This document shows, piece by piece, positions 12,612 to 34,753 of a stretch of 64,000 nucleotides of DNA (its first letter is position 1; each line of letters opens with the position of its first letter). The notes under the pieces were generated by a model. It made no database searches, was not told the DNA's origin, and worked only from the letters and a program-made list of their open reading frames with translations. The position numbers were made by a program, and so were the translations under genes. Source of the DNA: the human T2T-CHM13v2.0 reference genome, Homo sapiens; NCBI RefSeq assembly GCF_009914755.1, contig NC_060925.1. One strand, 5' to 3'.

Positions 12612-12924
12612 GGTCTGAATGCCTGCCCTGCACAGAGAACAAAAGGTGTGAACGCCCACCCTGCACAGAGGACAGGAGGTGTGAATGCCCACACTGCACA
12701 GGGAACAGAAGGTGCAACTGTCCGCCCTGCATGGAGGAGGATGGGCTGTGAATGCCGCCCATGCATGGAGAAAAGGAGGTGTGAATATGCACCCTGCACA
12801 GAGGACGGGGGTATAAATGCCCATCCTGCAGGGAGGACAGAGTGTGAATGCCTGCCCTGGATGAGGACAGAGGTGTGAATGCCCACCCTGCATTGAGGAC
12901 GGATGTTGTGAACACCTGCCCTCC
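12612..12924. repeat. Degenerate ~33-bp minisatellite, about 9-10 copies
   Basis: Consensus ggtgtgaatgcccaccctgcacagaggacagga; units start at ~12612, 12645, 12678, 12711 and onward. Confidence 0.85.
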
Positions 12925-13570
12925 ACACCCTCTTATTTGGCCGCTACACTTCACCAGTGGAGGACACTCCAACCTGACTTTCATCAGGGCTCTGCTACCA
13001 ACTCTCTATCTGACTGACCTCCAGGCCAGTCACTGACCTCTTTGGGTCTCAGTTTCCACATCTATAAAATGGGAGAATAATACCTTCTCATGGCATGTCA
13101 CGTCAGTCTGGGTTGGGAGTCTGAATCCAGGACCAGTTCCTTCCACAACCCCAAGGTCTTCCTGACACTGCTCCCAGCCCCTAGGCCTTCCCCATCACCT
13201 CTCCCCACGCTTCTAGTTAGCACTGGGGTAGATGCTTCAGGACTGACTCTGCCACGGAAAGGGGCCAGAGGGCATAGAGCCTGCCTACTCTCTGCCCCTC
13301 CCAATGAGGCCTTTCCTGTGTTCACTGCGGCCTAGAGCTCATCATGAGCCCTTCCTGCCCGTTCTCCCCTTACCACTCCACTACCAATCAAAACAGGCCC
13401 CCAAAAGGTGGGAGGAACTTAGTACTGAATTGCTCATGGCCTGAAGCCTGTGCGGGAGGCCTGTTGCATCCCACAGCCTGCAGGTGCTGCCCCTGGAGGG
13501 CCTAGCATGGCACAGGGCCGGCCATAGCTTCTGGCTATCAGCAAGCTCAGCCCCAGCCCTGACGGGGTAC

Positions 13571-13775
13571 CTGCCGCGTTACTGATGTCCAGGTGCACCA
13601 CGTCCTTCTGGTCCACGAAGAGCATCTTGAAGTACTCGCTGCAGGCCGCCAGCACTGCTTTATGAGCCTTAAAGTGAACACCGTCCACCACAAAGGTGCA
13701 GTCACAGAGAAGCCCCAGCTGCCGCTGCTGGTTCAGCTGTTCCAAGACATGCTGGCTGTGCTGGGGAAAGTCCAT
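13571..13775 (-). CDS. ZBTB17: ZBTB17 exon 3, start codon and BTB/POZ N-terminal half
   Basis: MDFPQHSQHVLEQLNQQRQLGLLCDCTFVVDGVHFKAHKAVLAACS; exon begins at 13777; all coding exons sum to 2412 nt. Confidence 0.97.
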
Positions 13776-16700
13776 GGCTGAAGAAAGCCAAAGGGCGTTG
13801 GGGTTAGCACGGAGAAAGGACGTCAGACACGCTCAACAGTCACTCCTAAAGTCCCAGGCGAGCACCATGGAGAAGACAGAATTAAAACAAGTGAGGGCAT
13901 TTCTGCCACAAAAGGGCAGTTCAGTCCAGATACCCCCTGCAAGCCAAACTCAACCAACTGGTGGCTCCTGTATTCCTGGGTTTACTGTCCAGGAAAAGTG
14001 GCCCAAACCAAAAAGCACTGGGGCACCAACATGAGGCAGCCGCCTCCGTATTCAGCCTGATAATAACATGAAAAAGCCAAAAAAGGGAACAAATACAGAA
14101 CACTGAAATGTGTCATCATTTCAAAAATGAAACGACATGGTCACTTTAACATTTGTTACAAAAAGAATGCATGACAATCTCAGAATAAAGGACAGATGTT
14201 TCAATTGGACATGTTGGTCTTTAAGAAAACTTTCCTATTTTCTCATTCTCTCATGGACAGGTGAAGACAAGACGGTGTTTCATCAGCCAGTGTTGCAGAA
14301 CTCGGCCCCTCTCAGGCTCTGCACGTACCCCATCCCCCGACAAAGCCTAGCTCTCCCTCTCTTTCTGATTCATGGGAACTACCTAGAGTTGCGGAGTCTT
14401 CTGACTCCAGAAACCTGTGTCCTGGTGGCCATCCCAGGAGAAACAACTTTGATCCTGACCCCAAGAGCTGCTGACCTGGCCACAACTTCTCTGTCAAGGG
14501 CCTCACTTAATGCCTGGAAATCCCACAAGTGAAAATGCTCAGGAAAATTCCATGGCCCAGTGCCGAGCAGTCTTGAACCGCACAAGCCGTGACTAAGTAA
14601 CTATCTAAAACAGCTCTCCCTCCCGCCCCAACACCACCCAGAGTGGGCGTCAACATCAGCAATTGTCTAGGGAAAATAAGCGGGCCCTCTTTTCTAGAAA
14701 GAACCCATTTCAGAATGTTTGAAGAGAAAAATCAACACCCACTGTCTGGGGCCACATTAGACAGATTCAACTGGGCACGGCTGTCACGCCCTGGCCCAGG
14801 ATCTGCTAAGGGGTAGTGAGTTCTCTGCCTACTCCTCCTCTTCTCTGAGGCCTGAGTCTGCACGGGGCTGGCTCCCCGGCTTCTGGGCAGGTGAGAGGGA
14901 CACTTTGGGGCTCTCCGCCCCCAGTTTCGGCAGCTCTGCCCCGGCTCAGGCACTCCCCTGTGACATCAGCATCTTGGGGGGTGAATCACTGCCGCAGCTC
15001 TGAAGCTGCTGTGGCCATGCATGGCTGTCGGGCTGTGATGAGTCCGGAGGAAGCCACGCCCCTCACACCAGCACAGGTCGGCCTTGAAGGGCGCCAAGGC
15101 CTCCCACCACGTGATGTCTGGAAACTTTTCACAAGTGGGGGTATCTGCTGAGCGGGGGGAAGTGACGCAACAAATAACGGGGAGCATGGCAGTGGCAACA
15201 GGCATGAGCCACAGCGCACCAGCCTCCGAGCCACAAGTTCAGCGTTGCTGCTGCTGCCAGAGGCCCAGAAACAGCTGTTCCCTCCCCCTACACATCCCCG
15301 CGCAGGCTTTGGCTCTCTCAATGACATTCCTAAATGGCTGTGGCTAGAGCCCTAAGTGTAAGCACTGGAGAGCCAGGGCCAGCCCCGAAATCAGGAGGTA
15401 AGGCCCTGGGGCAGCTGGCCCCGCACCAAGTGCACCAAGTGGCTGGCAGCAGCACACGGCCACCTGGAGCAAAGCACAGAGGCCTTTCTCTCCTGTCCTC
15501 AGTCCCTGGAAGCAGCAGGTTCCTATCTGTGCCCTGAAGGAACGCAAGGGAGAATCGTGGCTGCGCTGCTCCTATGCACTGGACATGGGGAGGCACCAAT
15601 GTCCAGCTTGTGGATCAAGACCTGAAGGGCACAAAGGGCAAGGTGGGTGCAGAAGGAACCAAAGGCAGGGGCGAGGTGGGCCCAGGCCACGGCAACCCTA
15701 GAGCTGTCTTCTCCTGGCTGTGGAAAAGGTCACGTGAGCACACAGGTGTGTGGGTGGCAAGCCCTGGGCCTCAATTGCTAGTCACCCCCTACATACCCAG
15801 GAGCCCCAAGTGCAGAAGAGGGGAATACCAGGGCCCACACAGGGCAAAATCCTCAACTGGCTTCAGAAGCAGCCCATCTGGAACTTGCAAGTGAGGCCCA
15901 ACCCTTCTCTCCAGGCTGTGTGCCTGGCTTCCTCACCTTCCCCAGGAGCCAACCCGAAACTTGAGCCACCCAGGTGCTAAAACAACCTGGGGAGCATCAG
16001 CTGAACCCCCAGAGGTACAAAGAACCCTCTAGCAGGAAAACCATCTGACTTGCCGGGAAGAGACATGTGAGGAGACTCCTAGCCAAGGGGAGGGACAGGA
16101 TCAATCCCCTTGTGTGGGCCCAAGGCTGGGATGAGCCTCCCTGTGGCCATGTGCCCTGGGGCTTCCTGGCAAGCGCAGCCCCGCCCAGCCATACAGCTGT
16201 CCTGGGACTGGATGGATGGATGGATGGGTAAGCTAGATAGATTAGATAAGACACATTCGCTAGATAATAAAATAGTAAAGGCCCCAAGGACAGGGTGGGT
16301 GGTGGCCCAGCCCCCCACATACCACCACCCGCCAAGAGAGCAGCTGTGTGCCCATGAGCAACATTTTCCACCGTGCTGACTGCACTTTTCCAATGCAAGA
16401 TGCCCGCCCAGAAGTGGGCTCCTCCCACACACGGGTGTTAGGAGGAGAAACAGAGGCGTCTATAATCCTCTGAGGCTGCCCCAGCAGAGAAACGCACCAA
16501 AAGGGAAGAAAACAGGAGAAATGATAAGAAGGGGGGAGGAAGAAGTGAAGATGGGCAAAGTAAGGGAAGGAAAGGAGAGAGAAGAAGGAAGGAAGGAAGG
16601 GAGAGAGGGAGGGAGGGAGGGGCCCTGTACCCACAGAGAGATCAGCAGCAGCTGAAATGCGCTTACCAGTACAATCTGGGACTGGCCTCCCAGGGGTGCA

Positions 16701-18459
16701 AGAGCAGCTCGAGGGGGCCAGGAGGGGGCGGACTAAGTGCTAAATGGTGTTACCCGCAGAACTGTGTCACTGTGGACTTTACAACCGAAGCCCCACCCTC
16801 ACAGGGCAAGTGGAGCTCAGGGTCCCCCAGGCTGTTCCCCAGCCGGGAAGCTTTAACAGCCCCTCTCTCAAGGCCCGTGGCGAGACGGAGGCATGGCCGG
16901 CTGGGTCCTTCCCTCTGAGGGGCTGAGCTAGAACTAGGCAGTCCCCCACCTCCAACCCACGTGAACTGCTCTGGAGGGATCACCAGCCTGTATCCTAGTT
17001 CCCCTCTTATCTATTCCTCAGCGACAGGAACCCAGCAGGACGGCCAGGCTTGGAGGGACATAGGAAAAGGGTTTGGGAGCGAAGGGGTGTGCAGGTCCTA
17101 GGAACATATCCCCTCCTAAGTACGTGCTAGGAGGTGCTGTCTGGGGAGACGTTAACCACAGTAATCAGATCAACAGCCAGCTGCTCCCCATCGCCCCCAG
17201 ATGTGCGGGAACACAGGGTGAAGAAATACTGTTCCCACCAGGCAGCCTGCCCCACCCCACCCTTGGAATACGGTGCCCATCGCTCAAGCACAAGTGTCAA
17301 GGTCTGTGGTCTTGTCTTCACCTTGCGTGATGGGCGATAAATATGTGCACTAGTTAAAGCAACTTCTAAGGAAGATCCTAAAACCTTAGAACCATAGAAA
17401 ATGCCAACAGAACGAGACCACAGAGCCCAGCAGCCCAGAGTCCTCATTTTAGATGCAGACTGACCTGACCCCCACTCACAAAGTCTTAGCTGCAATCGGG
17501 CACCTTTTCCCAACACCTCTAGTCACTCAGTTTTTCTCCCTCACCTCAGGTGTCAGAGCTGGGATGCTGTCCTGATGACCAAAAGCTTAGGTGGACACAG
17601 AGCCCTGGGCTCCCTCACGAGGAATTCACTGGGGAACAAAAAAGTGAGGCACTGAGGACACCTGCAGTGTGAGTCCGGACAGGCACACTGACACAGCGGA
17701 ACAGACGCGGCAGAACCGACACGGCGGAACGGACGCGGATGATGCAGAGCCCCTCTCAGGATGGCCAGCCATTCCTCCCCTGCCAGGGCCCACCACGCCT
17801 CCCATGGAGAGACGGTGTCTGTTTCTCTCCTGTCGGAATCTGGATGGCCCAGAGACGACTCTGACATCAGGATGCTGGGACTGTGCCAATTCCAGACCTA
17901 AACCTAAAGAAGCCTGGAAGATTCTGCTGTGGCTCCTGGGAATCCAGTCACCGAGCTGGAGGAAAGTCCAAGCTCCCGTGTGAGTGGGAGACACATGGAG
18001 GGGCTCTGGGGAGAGGGCACATGGAGAAGAGCAGAGAGGCCACTGACAGCACCAATGCTCTGTGGCGAGGGACACACTTTCCTGGACCTCCCAGCCCAGC
18101 TGTGCGCTGCTGCACGCACGGCCTCAACCAACACCTCGGGGAGCAAGCGACTGCCTGTCCACCCATCCAACTAAGAAAGACTGACTCACCGATGACTTAT
18201 GCCACTGGGTTTTGGGGTGCTGTGCTGTGCAGCAGGAGATAACTGAGACGGACGGTAAAACCAGGAAGAAAAGGAAGTGATTCAGCCAAAGGTTCAGGAT
18301 GACGGTTCTCTCTGGATGGGGGAGGGTAAGCAGGGGACTTCTGAGATCCTAGAAGAGTTCTCTTTCTTTACTTGGAGTCCCCTGGATTTATTACTTAAAC
18401 TAAATGTGTATATTTCATATACATTTACATGAAAACATTCCAATTATTTAAAAAAATGT

Positions 18460-18592
18460 ATTTTTTTTTTTTTGTAGAAGCAGGATTTCACCATGTTGCC
18501 CAGGCTGGTCTCAAACTCCTGGGCTCAAGCAATCTGCCTACCTTGGCCTTCTAAAGTGCTGGGATTACAGGCGTGTGCTACTGCACCCAGCC
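18460..18592 (-). mobile_element. Alu monomer (FLAM-like)
   Basis: T-tail and reverse left-arm consensus. Confidence 0.8.
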
Positions 18593-19856
18593 ATTTTTCA
18601 AAAATTTTAATAAGAAAAAAGTGAGGTTCAGTTGCCAGACTTGATCCAGTCATGGCACAGAGTGTGCTGGCCAAGGCTGGGTTGCTCCCAACCACACTCC
18701 CGGCCATGCTCACCAGGGCTGCCTTGAGGCCCAGCGTGGCAGCGAGGGTCAGAGGAGCTAAGAGAGCCGCCAAGGCTCCTGCGGGTGGGATTTGGAAGGG
18801 CTGGCCCCAGAAAGCACAACCCATTGCATCTGTCTTGCAGTCCCAAAGCACCACAGACTGCTGAGTAAGCCAGGTTTCTGTTTGGGCCGTGAAATCCACT
18901 CTGGTGCCAAGTTCCATACTGCTGCCTCCACGACGCAGGGATTCCAGTGGCGGCTGAGCCCCATGGAAGCAGCAGAGCCTCCCGGGACAGGCCAAGCAGG
19001 ACCTGGATCTGGGTTCCACCAGCCACCCGCAGGTGATCTCCAGCAAAGCTTCTCCAATGGCCAACAGGGCTAATGGTATGACTTCCTTTGTGACAGGATT
19101 AAATTAAGTAACATAGGTCAAGACCCTGTACAGAGCCTGGCATATCGTGAGCATGCAACAAACTACTGTTGCCAGGAAGCAGAGATGCAGATGATAGTTT
19201 CATTTTTTTAGGCCAAAGTCTTTATCAGATGGTTTCTATATACCCCTTTGCACTGGGCACATGGGGTACTTGACCTTGTTAAGAGGTGTAATCATAACCC
19301 ATCACTCCTAAATGCAATCTGGAAGAATTCCAGAGCACAATTAGCATGAAGACAGGGAGGAAGTGATGGGAGGGGCACTGAGTGGAGAGACATCTAGAGC
19401 TATTGTCTCTGCCAGGAGGCACTTTATATTGAACAACTGTTCTGTTAAACCCCAAGAGTGCTCCCAGACAAAGGCTGGAGTGCATGCCCAGAGTGCTAAG
19501 TGGCCCCAGAGAGCACAGCTCCATGTCAGAGTCAAATGGGCACCTGTCAAACATGAAATGTTACCCAGGTTATTAGTATGCACTAAACTACCTGCAGGGT
19601 TTCCAAACTGCCACAAAGGGAAGCCATTAAGCCAGGAAGCAACTGGCCTACCATAGGGAGACACTGATCTTTACAAACAACAGTCCCCGGCTCCCAGAAC
19701 AAGCTGCTCCCAGCTCTGAGCCTTGACATGAGCCATCTTGTGTCCAGGTGCTTGAGGAACCTAAGGGCAGGTGAGAAGGATCACCATTTGGCTTCCAGTT
19801 GCTCAGCATTCTTGATTTTCTAGAAATACAGGTGGATCAACATAAACTTCCAAAGG

Positions 19857-21153
<1,297 letters not shown>

Positions 21154-22178
21154 CAACATCCACAACTAAAGTTTAGCCACACTTTTGAGGGGGCAGACAC
21201 CCCTCTGCCTAATCCCTGATGGACCCCACTGCTCTAGGACTATGCACAAAAGGGAAGGCTGGCAGGCCCTGAAAAAGAGCTGTCCAGGATTCCAGCAGCC
21301 CAGGCCAGCTTAGAATCCACTGTGCTAGTACGCATACCAGGGACTTGTAAAGCTCAACACAGGGTAAATTAAGGGGCCTTCCTGCCAAAAAGACAAAATC
21401 ACGACATCTGGGACTTGGGCAGTACCTGATCATTCCCCAAGGCACACACACCCATCAGCCACAAATACTTCCCAAGTGTCAAGCAATGGCACTGACACCA
21501 CCTTAAATGACACAGTGTGTCACCTCCTCTCTCCTACCAGTTTAATAAACTCACTGCAAGCTGGGGCTACTTCTTATTTCTTCCTTACAGCTGTTTATAG
21601 CACATTACCCAGAACCCTGCTTTCAAGTGGTTACAGATCAAGTAGGGAACAGGCCTGTTGAGAGCAGAGATCCCTGGCTTTTTTGAGAATGACTAACACA
21701 ATGTCAAAGTATTTCCTAGACCCTTATGAAATGACAGTTGTACTTCTGGTGCTTGTTAACTGATAAAATAATAGAAAAAAGCCACTATGAAAAAGTGAAT
21801 GTCCATTCCATTAATCACAAAGGCATTTAAGCAACAATTCTATGTACATGGATGAGAAATTTCCCCAATATAGAGAAAATCAGTGGGGTGATACAGCTGC
21901 TCATCTACTCATAATTATTGCATTGCCCTTTAGGGGTGCTCAGCCTATAAATTAGGAAACAGATACATAGAGAGAGAGGACTAATGAATTTCACAAATGT
22001 CTAATGAGAGTCTACCTTGTGTTTGTCCTAGGTACTATGTTAGAACTTCAAACTGAGTGGGGAAGACAGGTAATAAATGGGTATAATAAACAATGGCAGC
22101 TACCAAGTGCTGTGGAGAAACTAAAGCAAGCTGAGCAGATCGAGAGGCAGGGGCTATTTACTATTTAAGAAAGGAGGC

Positions 22179-22483
22179 GGCCGGGCACAGTGGCTCACGC
22201 CTGTAATCCCAGCACTTTGGGACGCTGAGGCGGGTGGATCACGAGGTCAGGAGTTCAAGACCAGCCTGGCCGACATAGTGAAACCCCATCTCTACTAAAA
22301 ATATAAAAAATTAGCCGGGCATGGTGGTGGGTGCCTGTAATCCCAGCTACTCAAGAGGCTGAGGCAGGAGAATGCTTGAACCTGGGAGGCAGAGGTTGCA
22401 GTGAGCCAAGATCGTGCCACTGCACTCCAGCCTGGGTGACAGTGAGAGACTCCATCTCAAAAAAAAAAAAAAAAAGTAAAAAT
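22179..22483 (+). mobile_element. Alu
   Basis: Full-length consensus; TSD aaaggaggc. Confidence 0.9.
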
Positions 22484-22628
22484 AAAGGAGGCAAGGGGGA
22501 CCTCAGAGGAGGTGGCATTTAAGCAAAGACCTGAATGAGGTTTAAGAGGGAGCTAGGCCACTGTATGCCCAGGGACCATCACAGACATGAGAAGAGCAGA
22601 TGCAAAAACCCTGAGGCGGGCATGACTT

Positions 22629-22745
22629 TGGCACAGGGGCCGGTGTGTGTGGAGAGGAGGAGGTGTGTGGCACAGGGGCCGGTGTGTGTGGAGAGGAGGA
22701 GGTGTGTGGCACAGGGGCCGGTGTATCTGGAGAGGAGCAGGTGTG
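22629..22745. repeat. 39-bp tandem repeat x3
   Basis: tggcacaggggccggtgtgtgtggagaggaggaggtgtg at 22629, 22668 and 22707 (third copy diverged). Confidence 0.9.
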
Positions 22746-24754
22746 CATGAGAATGACAGCAGCAGGGGCTGAGCTCGCCCAGGGTCTCAGGGACACAGCG
22801 GACTTTGGATTTCTTCTAAGTGCACTGGGATGCCTTGGGAGTGACGAAGAGTGACAGAAAAGAGCAGAAGAGTGAGGTTCCTAAAAGGCCCCTCTGACTG
22901 CAGTGCAAAGACAGACCGCAAGGAGGCTTAGTAGGGGCCCCAGTTAGGCTACTACAGTAGAGAAGAGACAGCAGTGGCCTCACCAAGGAGGTAGAAAACA
23001 GGCGAGAAGAGGTTATATTAGGAATATGTTTTGGCAGAGCCAACACCATTAGCTGATCAAGCAGATGTGCGTTGTGACAGAAGGAAAGGAGTCAAGGATG
23101 ACACTAAGATCTGTGCCCGGAGACACTGGCCCAGTGGCGGTGCCGCTTCCTGAGAGGAGGAGGAGTGGCAGGAGGAGACTCCGTGGGGGGAATCAGAGTT
23201 CTGTTCTGGCCAATTACAGCTGAGATGTCTGCTTGTAGAGACGGTAATTAAAGCCACAAGGTGGAACAAGATATCCATGGAAGCAGGTATTGGATAAACA
23301 AGAGAAGAAACCAATGGACTCAGAATCCCAGCTCCAAACTTAACACAGTGACCTCAGGCAAGCATCTCTGAGTTTTAGATTGCTCACCTGTAAAATAGGA
23401 AAACCACCATAAATACGAGTGTGCAATGAGACAACTAGCAGATAGGAAGTGTTGCCCAAATATTGGCAAAAGTAGAACTAGATATTACTTCTCTAACACA
23501 GCTCTGTGACTGAAACACAGTTAAAACAAAAGGGAAATGATGAACTAATAAAACAAAAACAAACCAGATGATCCCAAGTGACCTCCCTGCACCAGGGGAG
23601 CACAGGGCCCCTGTCAAACAGGACAGCAGCTGGCCAAAGCCTTGGGAAGGCGGCTGACGGAAGCTAACAGAGCCACAGCCTGGTCCAATACGACCAAAAA
23701 AAAAAAAAAAAAAAACACACAGGTGTTGCTTCTCTCTGGCTGCAGCCTTCCACCGTCAGGCCTTTGTTATGGAGCAACTCAGGGCAGAAGGCCTGGGAAC
23801 TCAATTTCAATATAGAGGGATTCGGGGGTCCAATCTCCATAACTGGTGGGCTGAGGGGATGGTGGAGTGGAGGTTTACTTCAAAGTCCACTGCAAAGTGC
23901 CAGGGGCCCTGGGATAAGGCTGGGTCTGAGCCCCAGCCCCTTGACCTTCACTGGGGCAGAAGGACAGTGTGATGAGTGCTGAATGGGGGCTGCCGAAGCG
24001 CCAGCCTGGGACGACGTGACCACACCTAAAGACAGACGAAGGCAAGAAAGACCTTTGGGCAGGGGACAGCATAAGCAATGATGGCTGAGGGGCCAGGTGG
24101 AGAAGGGGGATCATGCCCCAGCACACAAGAGGGAGGGGACAAAGTGATGGGAAACACAGCTGGAGGGCCAGGCTGGGGCTAGGCACTTGGGCTGGGACCA
24201 CCACACCAGGCCTCAGTGACAACCTTGGCAGTCAGGAGTCACACTGGGACTTGAAAGGGGGAGATGAAGTCCCACTGGGCTGGACCCTTGGGATAGGAAA
24301 AATGGGATGATGTCACCCCCAGGTGGCCCTAGAAGGGTTTAGCTGGTGCCAAGAATCCAACACACACTTACATGATTCTTTCTGGCAGCCTGAACCAGTG
24401 GCCTTCCCACTAAATACTATTAAATCCTCTAAAAGTTTTAAGCACCTCTTCTTGGAGTAGCTCAAAGTCTCTTAAAATTTAGTATCTGACCCTTCCCAGT
24501 GGAAGGTGGGCCATGCCATTTGTCCAAAACTATGAGCCCAGGCTAAGAATGTACACATTTTACTTATTTTTAAAAGACAACGTCCACATTTCTGTAGGGT
24601 ATACACAAAACTGGTAAAGAGAAGCCCCTCAGGGGAGCAGGGGAAGTGGGGAAGGAGCTCAACTTTTCACTATATATCCTTTCTGTGCTGTTTCACCACT
24701 TGTAAACACTATCTATTAAAAAATTAAAACTGAGAAAGCTAAAGAACAATGGAG

Positions 24755-24936
24755 AGAAAAAGAGGAGGGAAGGGAAGGAAGAGGGAGGAGAGGGAGGGAG
24801 GGAGGGAGGGAGGGAGGAAGGGAGGGAGGAGAGGGAGGGAGGAAAGGAGGAAGCAACAGGGAAGAGAAGGAGGAGAGGGAGAGAGTAGACAGAGGGAAGG
24901 AGGGAGGAGAGGGAGGAGAGGAAGGGAGGGAGGGAG

Positions 24937-24937
<1 letters not shown>
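24755..24937. repeat. Polypurine (GGA/GGGA)n low-complexity tract
   Basis: Almost pure A/G run of ~180 nt. Confidence 0.85.
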
Positions 24938-28390
<3,453 letters not shown>

Positions 28391-28479
28391 TATAAATTAA
28401 TTAATTTTAAAAGACTCACACAATCCAGAAGTGAACATTACTAAGCATTAATATATTCACAGTTTGCTGCTGCCAGATG

Positions 28480-31330
<2,851 letters not shown>

Positions 31331-32086
31331 GAGTCAACATTTAACAAAAACGATTTACAAAATTAAACAAGTTCTTTCTTACTTTAAATCATTTGCCAAG
31401 CATTAATTTGGGCTGCTGACTGAGTCACAGTAACGGGGGAAAATCCCTGAGGGGCCCACATGGCCCCGAGACTACAGAAATGAGAAGTGCTTTGCTCTCT
31501 GAGCTCTGGTGATACAGCTTCCCATGGGGCAGGTTGGCGAAATTCGAGTGGAGCCTGCCACTCGGGACAGGAAAGTGACTGCTTAGGTTAATAAGTTCCA
31601 GTATAGGAAGTGGTGCGGCTGGGGTGGGGAGAACAGATTCTACTGCCAGACCTTTCAAGACCAGAAGCTGAGTAGATTTTTGATGTTACAATGAACCCAC
31701 TAAGCCTGCTTTCTGGCCCGCTCTCCACTCGCAGCGGGAATTCCCACCTCTGAGCCTCTGTCCACACTGCTGTTTAGATATGAGTGAACAACTCTCAGTT
31801 CTAACCATGCCCTTTGCTTCCTTCCTTTGAAGCCCAGCCCTACGAACCATCTCTCTTCAATTCATAACAAGCACGTTTGAATCCAAGAGCCTAAGCCCCA
31901 GTTTTCTACACGTATCTGTGCTGACTGCATTACTGAGGTCAACCTTAATCACCCTGGGACTGTCAAACTATTGATGTCCATAAGGATTCTCTGTGCTGGC
32001 ATTCCACACACACGCAGCAAGGTTCAATGAGCCACAGTACTTACTCTCTGACCTCTATTATTTCAACCATTTAAAAATTGTGGCCA

Positions 32087-32817
<731 letters not shown>

Positions 32818-33217
32818 TTTCCTGGGAGGAGAGGGGGGTAACTTACTTTCCACAGGTACACGCTTGAGAACCTTCTGATTTTTCTACCTTGTGCATGCAT
32901 TCCCATAGTAAATGTTGTTTTCTTCCTAAACTCTGCATATTTTCTTTTTTGACCCTCAAGAGTCTTCTATCAAATAACAGTAATTATGGAGCCAGGGACT
33001 CGACTAAGCACTTTACATGCATGACCTTATTAATAATTCCACCCAATAAAGTTATATTCAAGGTAACTATTATCCACATTTTACAACTGAGGAAACTGAG
33101 GGTTAGAAAGGTCAAGTACTTTGCCCAAGGGCATACAGCTAGTAATTATAAGAAGCAAACATAAGCCCACATACGCCTGGCTTAGGAGTTTGTGTTCCTA
33201 ACTGCTACCCTATACTG

Positions 33218-33415
33218 CAGGGGTTTCTTAACTGGGGGTGATTTTGTGCCAGGAGATATTTGGCAATATCTGGAGACATTCTGGGGTGTCACCACTGGAG
33301 AAGAGTTACCACTGGCATCTATGGGGAGAGGCCAGAGACGCTACAGAAACCCACCCCCCACAACAAAGACTTATCTGGCCCCAAATGTCAGAAGTGTCAA
33401 GGTTGAGAAACCCTG
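33218..33415. mobile_element. MER20 (hAT-Charlie) DNA transposon
   Basis: Termini cagggg-tttctt ... gagaaa-ccctg; perfect 8-bp TSD ctatactg at 33210-33217 and 33416-33423. Confidence 0.85.
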
Positions 33416-34207
33416 CTATACTGGAACAAGACAAAAAGACAGAGAAACCATCTTCTGACCAAAACTCTCACAGTTAAGGTCAGAGTTCACCATGTCTATT
33501 TCCCATATGACAGCCAAATGCCCAATAAACAAGAAGCATGCTCAGCCCTCAATTACATGGAGTTTTCTCCAGCCCCAAATGCCAGTTCCTCCTCAGCCAA
33601 TCAAGGCTGATCATCCACTCATCCGACACTTGCTGAGCGCCAGCTGTGTGCCAGGAAACAAGCTACACAGTGGCAGTACCAGGATAAATAAGACCCTGTC
33701 CTGCATCCAAGATGCTGGCGGTCTCATGGGAAGGCAGGCAAGGAAGCCTCGGATCATAATTGAGGTGAAAATGTGTTAATAGAGATCAAAAACAGGATGC
33801 TAAGAAGTCGCAGGGGAGGGGCTCCAAACTCACTTGGGTTGGGGGAACTGGGAATGGCTCAGAAAAGGCTTCCCAGAAGCATCTGAACTTGAAGGAATTA
33901 AACAGGCAGAGAGAATCCTCAAAACACCCCTTACCAGATCTCTCAGGATATGGTCTCTGAGTAGCCAAGGTTTGATGACTTTAATTAGAAAGCTTGGGGG
34001 AACTCTCCCAGAAAACAGAAGGGGCACAGAGTAGTCCTTGACTGTCCATGCACAACCTGGATAGCCCCTGCCACAGGGCAGGATGGCAACCTGGCGTCCC
34101 CACAGGTTTGGGCCTTCCTCAACTTCAAACCTGACTGGCCTCCAGCTTCCAACCAGCCTGTACCTTGCAGCAGGAGGTAAGTAACATTTCATAAATGTCC
34201 ACTATAC

Positions 34208-34753
34208 CAGGGGTTCCCAACCCCTGGGCCACAAACCACTGCTGGTCCGTGGCCTGTTAGGAAGTGGGCTACATGGCAGGTGAGTGGCGGGCGAGTGAGC
34301 ACGCAAGTGAGCGAAGCTTCAACCTGTATTTACAGCCGCTCCCCATCACTTGCCATTACCACCTAAGCTCCGCTTCCTGTCAGATCAGCAGCAGCATTAG
34401 ATACTCACAGGAGCTCAATCCCTATTGTGAGCTGCACATGTGAAGGATCTAGGTTGTGAGCTTCTCATGAAAATCTAATGCCTGATGATCTGTCACTGTC
34501 TTCCATCAACCCCAGATGGGATCGTCTAGTTGCAGGAAAAGCAGCTCAGGACTCCCACTGACTCTACATGATGGTGAGTTGTACAATTATTTCATTATAT
34601 ATTACAATGTAATAGTAATAGAAATAAAGTACATAATAAATGTAAGGTGTTTAAGTCAACCTGAAACCACCTCCCACCCCCCACCCCTCAGCCCCCTTTC
34701 TGTGATAAAATTGTCTCCTACAAAACCGGTCCCTGGTGCCAAAAAGGTTGGGG
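34208..34753. mobile_element. MER1A (hAT-Charlie) MITE; its last few bases are displaced to 36966-36972
   Basis: 5' TIR caggggttcccaacc; 3' end ...ggtgccaaaaaggttgggg resumes as agtgctg after the retrocopy; 8-bp TSD cactatac 34200-34207 / cactatgc 36973-36980. Confidence 0.85.

Noticed and set aside
12438-12984. Several long overlapping ORFs and a CRISPR-like periodicity
   Set aside because: A 33-bp minisatellite whose variable parts are homologous to each other, not unique spacers; human DNA with no cas genes.
14052-14119. Possible C/D-box snoRNA on the minus strand (ATGATGA ... CTGA)
   Set aside because: No terminal stem, no clear C'/D' boxes and no recognisable rRNA-complementary guide.
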